This document shows, in pieces, positions 50,851-62,619 of a stretch of 64,000 nt of DNA. The notes beneath the pieces are model-generated. The model saw nothing but the letters and a program-made list of their open reading frames with translations. It searched no databases and was not told where the DNA came from. The stretch is taken from NCBI GenBank assembly GCA_964016885.1, contig OZ024742.1:344968001-345032000 (forward strand). Direction: 5' to 3'. The stretch is from Eledone cirrhosa. Its lineage: Eukaryota. The stretch's first letter is position 1; each line of letters begins with the position of its first letter. Both the position numbers and the translations under genes were made by a program.

Positions 50851-53800
50851 AGGAATAAGGGAAGGTACGCCCGTGGTGCATAGAGTGTTATGGAATCGCT
50901 CCCGTAAGTTTTTGATTTTTACGTATTTAAAACAATTGTGATAGAATAATTCTTATTACAAATGGAACATAAGATACCAGTTTTTACTCTCAGGAAGTGA
51001 CAACGCATCACATTATGTGATATTTAATATTTAATATTTAATATTTAATATTTAAGAGACCATGTTAGGATTGCCAGAGAATATTTAATATTTAATATTT
51101 AATTTTAGATCAGAAATGTTATAGTCAAAAAAGAAAAATGGCAAATAATTTCACCGCCAACACCACCACCGCCGCCACCGCCATCACCATCACCACTACC
51201 ACACAAAAAATCTAGCCAGCCAAACAAACAAACCAAAACCAGCGGCTACATCAACACCTTCACTACAGTACTACTATCACATCACCACTACCACGACCAC
51301 TGCATCATCATCGCTACCGCCGCTATTCTCTCACCTCCTCCTGTTAAGAGAGAGGGATGGTAGTAGTCCCACTAAACATGAATAGAAGCGAAGAAGGTAT
51401 CAACAGTTATAAATAGAGTGATTCGGTGACCCGGTCAACAGCAACAACAACAACACCAAAAACATTATTGCTGCTGTACCTCTAAACTCTCTCCAAATGT
51501 TTAGTTTAAACGATGTCAAATCTAAACTATATTATAATAATTGTTTCTACTTTAGGCACAAGGCCAGCAATTATCCAGTACATTACTGGTACTTTATTTT
51601 ATTGACCCCGTAAGGATGAAAGGCAAAGTTAACCTCGGCGGGATTTGAACTCAGACTATAATATAATAATAATGATTGTTTCTGCTTTTTGGCGCAGGGC
51701 CAGCAATTACCCAGCGCATTACAGGTACTTTGTTTTATCATCGACCCCGTAGAATATAATAATAATAATTGTTTCTACTTTTGGCACAAGGCCTGCAATT
51801 ACCCAGTGTATTATATCATATAATAATAATAATATAATAATAATAATATAATATAATAATAATAAATATAATATAATAATAATAATTGTTTCTACTTTAG
51901 GCACAAGGCCAGCAAATACCCAGTGCATTACTGGTACTTTATTTTATCGACCCCGTAAGGATGAAAGGCAAAGTCAACATCGGCGGGATTTGAACTCAGA
52001 TCGTAAAGGGACGTAACTATGTTGGAAAGCATGGCGTCCGACCCTCTACCGATACTGCCAATCCACCACCATAATATAGTAATAATTGTTTCTACGTTAG
52101 GCACAAGGCCAGCAAATACTCAGGGTATTACTGGTACTTTATTTTATCGACCCCGTAAGGATGAAAGGCAAAGTTAACCTCGGCGGGATTTGAACTCAGA
52201 ATGGCAAGGGCCGTAACTCTATGCGCCAAAGCATGGCATCCGACACTCTACCAATACTGCCAATCCACCGTTTCTACTTTAGGCACAAGGCCAGCAATTA
52301 CCCAGTACATTACTGGTACTTTATTTTATCGACTCCGTAAGGATGAAAGGCAAAGTTAACCTCGGCGGGATTTGAACTCAAACCGTAAAGGGACGTAACT
52401 ATGCTAGAAATAATGATTGTTTCTACGTTAGGCACAAGACCAGCAATTAACCAGTGTATTACTGGTACTTTAATAATTGTTTCTACTTTAGGCACAAGGC
52501 CAGCAAATACCCAGTGCATTACTGGTACTTTATTTTCTCGACTCCGTAAGGATGAAAGGCAAAGTCAACCTCGGCGGGATTTGAACTCAGATCGTAAAGG
52601 GACGTAACTATGCTGGAAAGCATGGCGTCCGACCCTCTACCGATACTGCCAATCCGTACTTTAATAATTGTTTCTACTTTAGGCACAAGGCCAGCAATTA
52701 ACCAGTGCATTACTGGTACTTTATTTTATCGACCCCGTAAGAATGAAAGGCAAAGTCAACCTCGGCGGGATTTGAACTTTAATAATGATAAGCAACAAGT
52801 CGAAACAAATTTCAAAAGTTTTGATCGCAACAATCCCTACTTCCCACGAAGCTAAAATCAAAACAAAACAGCACAGCAGCAACAACAACAATACTAGTAA
52901 CCGATGCTACTGGCCTTGAAAAACGAAAAACGTAAAGGAAAAATAAACAAAAAAAAAATAGGTCAGACATTCAAACATTACAAGGAAACTTACGTTTATT
53001 TTTTTAAGTTTTTATCTATTTATTTGTTTATTTATTTATGTTCGTCTACAGCCTGATAGTGCCATGCTAAAATCACCGGGGGTGATCAAATCACTGGGGG
53101 TGATGAAATCATCGGTGGTTATGTAACCATACATTCACCAATCCTCGATATGAGTGTTTAAATTTAACCGTTATTCGAAGAGTTCGAATAATGGTGAAGA
53201 GAAGACTGGAACGTTATGTGACAGACTCTCACCCAACAAGTGATCCCTGGCCCAGCAGCATGGACCTGGCTGTCAACCAAATACTGCTGATGTTGGAGGA
53301 AGAAGAAGGAAAAGGACCAGAACCAACTGGACGAAAGATTTGAATAGAACTGTTATGCAATGTTACCTGAAGAATAACCCCAACGAAAAAGGCTATAGGA
53401 AACGGATGCATAACATCTGGAACGAGATTGGTCTATTTAAATTAGATGAACAAAAATTGGCCGGACAGGCTCGGGTAATAAGAACTAATGGATGGATAAT
53501 CGAGTTGGAACTGGAGGAACTGAGCAGAGAGATTAGGTTGGAAATGGAGAGTGGAGTATGCCAGGCAAACGAGCCAGTGGGAAATGAAGGTGAAGAGGTT
53601 GAGAGAACGGAGGAAGCATCTGAAGCAGACAATGATCTTAATCCTGAAATAAATAATACCTGGAACAGAGATACGGCCACTGAGGATATGAATGCTGACG
53701 GGCTAGGACAAGATTTGGTTGATATCCTAAACTTAGTGGTAGATGAATTGAACAATGATAGTGGGAAACCTATGAACCTAAGATTTGTAGACAGGAAAAA

Positions 53801-55913
53801 GTTAATAGAAACAACAGCTAAGGTAAACAAAGTCATCATATACCTTGAGGCGAGGAGCCTTCACCAATGCAACAATATCCCCAAAGCAACAGCAAATGCG
53901 GTGAGGAAATTACTTGGCATAAAAGCGAGAGGAAACAACAAATAAGAAAGATCAGAACCTTGGTGGAAGAAACGACTGAATGGTCAAATCAGGAAAAATG
54001 AGAAATGACATTGGAAAGCTTGAGTCCCTACTGAATGGGACACTAAAAAACATAGACACTAAAAATAGACTGGAAATAAAGTACAAAACTAGGAGGAAAA
54101 AAGCTAAATATCATCATAGAAGAACTGAAGCAACGTATTGTAGCAAAGAGTGCAAAGATTAGGTGATACGAGAGCAGAGTGAGTCAGTATAGACAGAACC
54201 GCATGTTTGACAACAACCAGAAGATGTTGTTTGGACAGCTTGAAGGGTAAGAAAAAGGCAACGACTTGATCCCTGAGGCGGAACAGACTAAGACATTCTG
54301 GAGAGGAATATGGGAGCAGGATGTTGAACATAATGATCAGGCAGTGTGGATTGAGACAGTACAAAAGGAGATTAGTGAACAGGCACACCATCAAACTGAT
54401 TTGAGTATCACAGTTGAAACTCTTAAAGGGCAGGCCAAAAAATTAACCAACTGGAAATCACCAGGCCCAGATGGTGTGGAGGGGTCTTGGATCAAGAATA
54501 TAACATCCCTCCACCCGAAACTGAAAACCATGTTCAATGACTGCTTGATGTCGGGTGAGGTACCAGAGTGGTTGACAAAAGGTACCACAGTTCTGGTAAT
54601 GAAAGACCGAATCAAGGGTAATGATGTTACCAACTATAAACCTATCACATGTTTGTCCGTAATGTGGAAGCTGTTAACAAGCATTGTGACTGAGGAAATC
54701 TACCATCACCTCCACATAAACAACCTGTTACCGGGCGAACAGAAAGGATGCCGAAAGAAGTCCCGTGGTACAAAAGACCAGATACTTATTAATAAGATGG
54801 TAATGCGGAATTGCAAGAGGAGACACACTGGTCTTGCCATGGGATGGATAGATGACAAAAAGGCATGGTACCTCATTCTTGGATAACCAAAAGCCTATAG
54901 ATCTTCAAAGGTGGCAGATAACATCAGACAGTTGTTGAACAAAAGTTAACATCGAGTTAACATCGGGTGGAGAATCCTTGGGAGGCGTGAAGATCAAGAG
55001 AGGTATCTTCCAGGGGTTAGTTTGTCCCCTCTGTTGTTTGTCCTTGCCCTGATACCCCTGACCATTATACTGCGAAAAGTGAGAGCAGGATACAAGTTGG
55101 GAAAAGGAGAGCTTACCACCAACCACCTCCTCTTCATGGACGATCTTAAACTCTTTGGGAAGAGTGAGAAGCAGCTGGATGTACTTGTTGACACTGTCCG
55201 TATTTTCAGCAATGATATATGTATGCAATTTGGTATTAATAAGTGTGGAGTCCTAGTGATGAAGAGGGGGTAAATTGAGCAGAAGCAACGGAATCTAGGT
55301 ACCAATAGGTGAGATGATAAAGGAAATTGACACTGAAGAAGTATACAAATATTTAGGTGTTCTGGAGGCAGATGACACCAAGAACAAAAAAATGAAGGAA
55401 TTGATAAGATCTGAGTACATTAGGAGAGTAAGGAGCGTATTAAAATCACATCTAAATAGTAGGAATGTCATAAGTGCAGTGAATTCCCGAGCTGTGTCTA
55501 TTATTAGGTACAGTGCGGGAATTCTGAAATGGAATGTTGCTGAACAAAAATAAATGGATAGGAAGACTAGGAAGCTATTGACTATCTACAACATGTTCCA
55601 CAAGAGGAGTGATGTCGATAGACTCTACTTAAAGAGATCTGAAGGTGGAAGAGGTCTTATCAGCATAGAGGACTGTGTTCAGATGGAGAAAAACAATTGT
55701 CATAGGAGCACTAGGTACTAGCACAAAGAGTTTCCAAAGATGGTTAAAGAAGATTAGTCCAGCCCCGCTTTTTGGAACACTCCAAAAGGCATGCTTGCTG
55801 GAAACAGCAAGAACCCTCCGATACGTCCTGAATATCTGAGGCTGCAGGTAGCGGCTTGATATTCATTTCAACAAACTTTCCAGTTAAATGACATCAATGA
55901 TTGAGACTCAAAG
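50851..55913 (+). mobile_element. R4/Dong-clade LINE copy 3 with the same leader (expanded by SINEs), many disablements and a ~740-bp deletion removing CCHC/RLE
   Basis: Colinear with copy 1; junction GAGAAAAACAATTGTCATAGG at ~55696 joins positions equivalent to ~48794 and ~49528. Confidence 0.92.
51539..52780 (-). mobile_element. Tandem pile of about nine variably 5'-truncated MetaSINE-like copies with (ATT)n tails
   Basis: GTTTCT(A/G)C unit ends at ~51539, 51675, 51768, 51884, 52084, 52269, 52415, 52475 and 52666. Confidence 0.9.
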
Positions 55914-55933
55914 AATAATAATTATAATAATAA

Positions 55934-56128
55934 TACACTATTAATGATTATTAATTAATGCAATCGTGCAATGCCTGTGCGTGAAGAATATTTTAAAGTG
56001 AGGAAAGACTGTGCACTGAGCCAATCCAACTCTCTGAGCGACAGTAGCTCTAACCCGAAAAGAACAAAAGAACAACACCATCGGTAACTACTGAGTCGCA
56101 GGTTTTATGTCGGAGTTAACCCAGTTTC
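55934..56128 (-). mobile_element. Second half of the short retroposon whose other half is at 30225-30277
   Basis: Aligns with 16717-16915 of the intact copy. Confidence 0.75.
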
Positions 56129-57449
56129 TTGACATCAAAAGATAATGTTGATCAATCAAACAGATATAACAATACTAATTCAATCTATTATTTTTTATTT
56201 ATTATTATTATTATTATTTTTTTTTTTTTTATAAGAAAATCATATTTAATAAATATTTTTGTCTCTGTTTTGTGTCGTAAATTTAATTTGTATTTATTTG
56301 TAAATTGATTTTAAATTTCATCTGAAATTTGATAATAAATTCGAACAAATATATAATTTGTTCACAAACAATTCGATGATAAATAAAGAGAAAAACAAAT
56401 AGAAGTAACTATCCTAAAGTAACTTCTGCAACTCTGAAATAAGTAGTAAAATACAAACGAAACAAAGACAACATCAAAATTCCGAGCAAATAAAATACCG
56501 GAATGTTATCACAAAATGTGGTTGTTTGAATTATATTTCGTTTCGTTTTATTTCTGTATATTTCAACGCTATCCTAAATACTATTTATTAGCAAATATTA
56601 TGGCTATGTGGTATCCTTTTCACAGACATGAAAGCATAAATATGTAATTGAATTATCAATAAATCTTATTTAAATTTTCGTTATTTCTAACTATCAACTT
56701 TTCCAAAGCTGTTGCATAGGACGTTTCCATTAGATTCTATGCTGATTAGGAAACGGAGACGTGGCAGACGTGATAGAAGTCAGAGAATGTTTTGTGGTAT
56801 TCGGTCAGGCTTTCTGCTCTCTGAGTTCAAATTCCGTTTCATCCATTCGAGATCGATACTGAAAGTACCAGTCTAGGACCGGGATCGATTCTTCCGCTAT
56901 ATATCTTTCTCATTGGCCTCCTCTTACTATCCTTCTCTGGAAGAAATCTGCTATGTTGCGACCTAGAGAGGGATTGACTCCACCAGGCTTACAGAATGCC
57001 GAAGAAACGCCGTGTGAAACGCCGATTCCACAAGAGGTTACAACTCAATACATATCTATATTGTAACTATCAACTTTGCCAAAGCTGTTCTGTGGGACTT
57101 AGTGGTTAGTTTAAGCCAATGCTGATAATGATATTGCAGAGGTGATAGAACGTCAGATAGCGTGCTTCGCGTTATTCGGTCCGAATCGCTACGCCATGTG
57201 TTCAAATACCTCGTTCATTATTTACCGTTCATTATTTTAAGGTCGGTAAATAAGGGACAAGTTCAGTATTATTGTTCGAGTGTGACCCTGGGCCAATCAT
57301 CTGTGAAACGCGCGTAAGATTTCGATACACGATAAAGAAAAACTTCCTGCAAACGAAACTTCAACTTCTTTCTTAATACATAGACTCTGCCTGTACATCG
57401 AGTGCTCGTTTTGCTACCACCATAAATAATTCGATGAATCACCAAAAGT

Positions 57450-57530
<81 letters not shown>

Positions 57531-57534
<4 letters not shown>

Positions 57535-57730
57535 AAAAAGTATGACCCCGACGGCAGATCTCAAGCCGTTTCGACGGCTATTTCTGGACTAGCCGTCGAA
57601 ATAGCCGTCGAAACGGCTTGAGCTCTGCCATCGGGGTCATACTTTTTCCTATTTCCCACTCTACTACCCTAAGTATTGAGTATTCTGGTGCGTTATGGTC
57701 CATCTGGTTCCTTACCACAATTCCTTTGTT
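57531..57730 (+). mobile_element. Inverted-arm plus tail module in (TA)n (family X, copy 1)
   Basis: Arms 57531-57584 and 57598-57651, tail 57652-57730; homologous to 59721-59884. Confidence 0.8.
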
Positions 57731-57738
57731 ATATATAT

Positions 57739-58020
57739 ATACAAATGAATATATGATAAACACTAATACAAGTATATAAGTGTTTGTATTGCAAATGACC
57801 AAGTTAGCTAGATTGAAAAATACTAATTAAATACAGTATTAATTAGTATTTTTAATTAGTATTTTTTTAAATTAGTATTTTTCAATCTAGCTAACTTGGT
57901 CATTTGCAATACAAACACTTATATACTTGTATTAGTGTTTATCATATATTCATTTGTATTACACGGCTCAGAAATATTTTTCTTTGAGCTATTTAATTGT
58001 AAAAGACTGTTTGAGTTTAT
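57739..58020 (+). mobile_element. Inverted-arm plus tail module in (TA)n (family Y)
   Basis: Perfect 90-bp arms 57739-57828 and 57870-57959; loop with reiterated AATTAGTATTT; ~60-bp tail. Confidence 0.8.
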
Positions 58021-58022
58021 AA

Positions 58023-58076
<54 letters not shown>

Positions 58077-58083
58077 TTATAAA

Positions 58084-58118
<35 letters not shown>

Positions 58119-58125
<7 letters not shown>

Positions 58126-58593
58126 CAGATTAAAGTTTAAGCAAAGAATCGCTGCTTTCACCCTTAACGGGATCTTCTGAAACTAACAAAGTCAATCTGT
58201 AAACGCAGAAGTGGATATTTCAAAAAACGTTGCAACCGGAGGAAGACAGGAAGACGATACTTTGGTTCGTGGAGACGTTCCCTGGCAAAGAACGGGAAAA
58301 AACGAATGTAATACGTCATTAATAGGAGCGATGAAAAACAATTACGCGCAAAGTATCGTCTTCTTGTCTTCCTCCGGTTGCAACGTTTTTTTGAAATATC
58401 CACTTCTGCGTTTACAGATTGACTTTGTCAGTTACAGAAGATCCCGTTAAGGGTGAAAGCAGCGATTCTTTGCTTAAACTTTAACCTGTTATTTTAATAA
58501 ATATTTGCTCTACGGTTCTTATATATTTGATATATATTTATCCTTATCGAGCCCTCTTTGGATTTTACTCTTCAAATTTATTATTATTACTAC
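58119..58593 (+). mobile_element. Inverted-arm plus tail module in (TA)n (family Z)
   Basis: ~146-bp arms 58119-58264 and 58349-58495 with a few mismatches; AATAAA then ~100-bp tail; (TA)n on both sides. Confidence 0.8.
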
Positions 58594-58616
58594 ATATATA
58601 TATATATATATATATA

Positions 58617-59485
58617 GGGCGGGTAAAATTCCCGAGATCCATGGACGAGTTCTTTCAGTTGAGGCTGTCCTTCATCATCGCTGCCATATCCTGCGTCTCT
58701 CGGAGACCAGTGTCTGTCCTTAGGGCATTAATATATGTCAACCCTGGTCTCCCTATTCTAGTGTTTCCGTGTAGGGGCTCCCACAGGAGTACTGTGAGCA
58801 GTGTCAACTCTGAATGTTGGCGAGCATATCCAGCTAACCTCAGTCTCCTCTGTGCTACTTTCAAGCTGATGTTTGGAAGGCTCCCGTACAGCTCTGAATT
58901 CTTTATCCTCAGTGTATACTAATTAATGTTCAGAGCCATCCTCGGCATTCTCGAGTAGCACCCATCCACCATCTGAGTGAGTTTCTTGGTCTGTGTCCAA
59001 GTCCCAGACCCGTACAGTAGCACAGATTCCACTGTAGCAACGAAGAGACTGATCTTCAGGTCTTAACGAAGGTCCGACTTCCACACTGATCTCAAACTGT
59101 GGCACACCGCCCAGAATTTGCTCTTACTCTCAACAACATCATCCTCTGTGTTACCAATCTTTGCCCCCAGATACAGGAAGTCCACAACCAAATCTAATGG
59201 CTTCTTTAACGGATACTTCGCCTTAATCTCATTCATTCTCAGCCCCACACTCATCGACAGTTTCCACCTCCTGCATCAACTCCTCTGCCTCCTTCACTGT
59301 GTTTCTCACCACAACTATACCGTCAGCAAATTCAGCATCTGATATCTTTTTTGCCTTAACTCTCTTGCTTTGAGCCAGTAAAGCCAGAGTCGTGGTGTTT
59401 CTCCAGCGCAAGGGGCATACAATAGTCCACTACGATGATAAAAAGGAAGTGATCCAATGTGTCTCCCTTGAGCACTCCAGCCAGT
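58617..59485 (-). mobile_element. 5'-truncated, decayed RTE-clade LINE
   Basis: AGVLKGDTL..FLFIIVVDY, EFADGI (degenerate FADDI), DFLYLGA, RRLRLAG, LLWEP.HG..GRP..TY. Confidence 0.85.
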
Positions 59486-59691
59486 ATTTAATATAAAAAT
59501 GGCTTCTACAGGAGTATGACTGTTTCATTAAAAAAAAATCTTTAGGGCTTTACTGTAGATTTCTTTGGAATGAAAATGTTCTAGTCCTGTACAAGCCATT
59601 TCTATATTAAATATGATATTTACATTCTACTAATGTTTTGAGTAACTTACTTACTATGGTTACTCCGATTTAACACGGGACTCACACGCAA

Positions 59692-59720
<29 letters not shown>

Positions 59721-59722
<2 letters not shown>

Positions 59723-59884
59723 AGAAAAGGTTCAGGACCCCGACGGCCGGGCTCAAGAAATAGCCAGGCTTGAGCTCTGCCGTCGGGGTCCTGAACCTTT
59801 TCCTATTACCCACTCTACTACCCAAAGTACCGAGTACTCTGGTGCGTTATGGTCTACCTGGTTCCTTACCACACTTCCTTCGTT
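59721..59884 (+). mobile_element. Inverted-arm plus tail module in (TA)n (family X, copy 2)
   Basis: Arms 59721-59757 and 59769-59805; tail homologous to 57652-57730. Confidence 0.8.
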
Positions 59885-59906
59885 ATATATATATATATAT
59901 ATATAT

Positions 59907-60270
59907 GAGAAATAGGATTTCGTATACAATATGTATAAATATTTCGTATCTCCAAGGAAATACGGTTTTAGGAAGCCGTAGTTATGCAAACACCGGGGTG
60001 CTGACGCCCTCTAGTGATGTCTAGCAGAAGCAAGGGGGACAACCACCTATGCATTTCACACTTAACTGGCCTTCGTCAGGACGGTCCCTCCGACCGCTTG
60101 CGACTGCTGGACTAGAAGACAGGCGAGAATATATACTTTTCTCGTCTGTGTAAATGAGGCTGCATAAGTTGGCTCAATATTTCGTATCTGCAAGGAAATA
60201 CGGTTTTAGGAAGCCGTAGCTATGCAAACACCGGAGGGCTAACACCCTCTGGTGATGTCCAGCAGAAGAG
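59907..60270 (-). mobile_element. Hammerhead-containing unit bounded by 93-bp direct repeats (238-bp period); PLE pLTR or retrozyme-like
   Basis: Direct repeats 59938-60030 and 60176-60268; hammerhead between them; (TA)n at the 3' end. Confidence 0.65.
60042..60085 (-). ncRNA. Minimal type-I hammerhead ribozyme motif
   Basis: Minus strand: ACCGTC-CTGACGA-AGGCCAGTTAAGTGT-GAAA-TGCA-TA-GGTGGT. Canonical core, 6-bp stem I with 2 G-U pairs, palindromic ATGCAT stem III, weak stem II. Confidence 0.7.
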
Positions 60271-62619
60271 ATCCTGAGTGCTACTGTGAGATACGTAGAT
60301 ATAATTGTTTGGTCCGAAGGAGTGAACAACAGCAAAGATGGGATTTATTTATGGGCTGACAAGATAGTTGTAGACATTACTGCTCCATCCTAGTGGTATA
60401 GGTTTAGGGAGGATAGAAGGTGTTTATAGAAGATTATGGTTCTGAAGTGGGCTGAGTGAGAATGTGGATTTCATATGTTAAATGCTAAGTGATTTTCCCT
60501 TAATATCGGGGATGCTGGTTCGAATCAACGTGGTTTAAATCTAGCGAATTGTGTACCAATCCTATGTCTGCAGAAAATTGACGCGTGTGCGTGTGCATGC
60601 GTATTGATACGCATATATGCCTGCTTTATTTAGTGTATGATTTTAAGACGCTCTGTGAATACAGTAATTGAAATTTTAAATACTTGATAATTCTCTTAAA
60701 ACTGATGCAGAAAACCATTTGAAAGCCGCAAAAAATAAAGAATACTGTAAAAGAAACGATATTTCTCATCTTCAAGTCATGAGGGGTTAATTTATATGTT
60801 AAATACCATATCAAGCTGAACAAAATCCATACATTGTTTCCATACATCTTGTCTTTAATAATGGCCTGAAACCATCTGAAAGATGATTAAATCCTGTATT
60901 TTTTTCTATGATATAAGAAAATTCTTCTGAAAAAACAAAAATACACAGCATCTCTCGAAAGACTTAGATGTTATTACATTTCTTTATAAATGTCATCAAC
61001 AATACCGTTTTACTATTTTTCTGATGTAAAAAAAAAATGGAACGAGCTGTTCCTATTCTCAGGCCAATGAAACAATGTTTTCATTGGCCTTTCCATTGCT
61101 GATACTAGCTGTCGGTCGCAGCACTCGGCCGAAAGAACAACGTGAAATAAAGGTATTTTACTCAAGAAAACAACATGCTGTCCGATGTGGGAATCGAACT
61201 CACGACTGTATGAGTGTATGGATGGATGGATTTGAAACACTTGATTGAATCAGAGAGGCACTTGTATGACATGCAGCGTATAATGAGTATTTTAAACCTG
61301 ACGGCGGCCATTGCTTTCTAGGTGCGTAGAGGAAAGGGAGATAAGAGAGAAAGTTGAAAAAGGGACATAGAGTAAGATTTGACGCCACTACTTCTCTGGA
61401 ACTTTATTTACCGACTTTGAAAGGAAGAAAGACAAATTTGACGTCGGTCTCTTTTGAATGCAGAGAACGCAGAGAACGAATTGGACGTTCTAATGACTGC
61501 CAATTCGTCTACTCATTAAATGTATTATGAGGGAAAACACGAAACTTTGACCTATTCTTCGGTACATTTGAATCATTGATTTGAATCATGTTATGTATCA
61601 TCAATACTGTCCAATCGTATCTAGATTTGTTTTCTTCGGGACGGGGAAGGACAAGTCATATTATACAGAGATGTCTTCACTGTTTGTGTGTAGTTTGGGT
61701 TGTTTGTGTGGTGGGTGTAGTGAAGCTTCCTTTAACGTTCTGGTGGTATGTAAACATACTAAAGGCGACAAAATGATTGTTAGAATGTCGGATAAAATAC
61801 TTTGCAGTATTCGTTCCTACTTTCTATCTTATCTTGGTTCAAATTTCGCCAATATCATCACCACCTTTCGTCACATCTAGGTCGGAGAAACATTACCAGT
61901 TAAATACTGGGCTCGAGTTTTCCTCTAGATCTTTTTCTCTATTCTTGTCTCGCTCACACACACATTTTCTTAAAAAACCGGTTGTGCTTCGACCTGGTAG
62001 CTGCGTAAATCCAGGTTTTTCCGGATGATAGCATAAAATAAAATAAAAGAGAATTATTTAAAAGCAATATATATATGCATGCACATACACAAATTTACAC
62101 GAACAAGCCCACGCACACCCGTTAAAAGTTGAAAGAGTTGAAATGTAAAAGTTAAAAGGTAAAATATTATTTTAAAAACAATCAGTCACACATAATACAC
62201 ACTACTGCATGGCCGTTGGTTCTCATGATTTCCTCAGTTTATCATCCTGCCAGATGTCCATGATCACCCTCCTAACCAAGAAAGGTTGGTGAGGTTACCA
62301 GTTTAGTCGCCGACGACCCGACCATACTCCATTTATGAAATAATGTACAAGTAAAGTTTGTTTGTGTAGATAAGTGTACAAACAAAAAATAAAACAAGTA
62401 AGATTGCTTACCAACGTATTTTTCTCAATATGGTCCTTATAGGTTACAGTAATAGTCCAATAAGAGGGATCAGATTATAGTATCCAGGTGGAAGATCAGG
62501 GATTAATAATATTTTTAAATGTATAGGAAAAACATATACTAGACGAACTTTTGGTTAAATTTTTCATTTTTCTATACTTCACGTCCAGTATTTTTTTTTC
62601 CTATATATATATATATATA

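Noticed and set aside
51539-52780. Repeat-spacer appearance suggesting a CRISPR array
   Set aside because: Units are variable-length SINE fragments with Pol III boxes; eukaryotic context and no cas genes.
58425-58475. CAGAAGA-TCCC-GTTAA-GGGT-GAAA hammerhead-like core in the family-Z arm
   Set aside because: U4A change and no stem I/III or cleavage triplet could be assigned.
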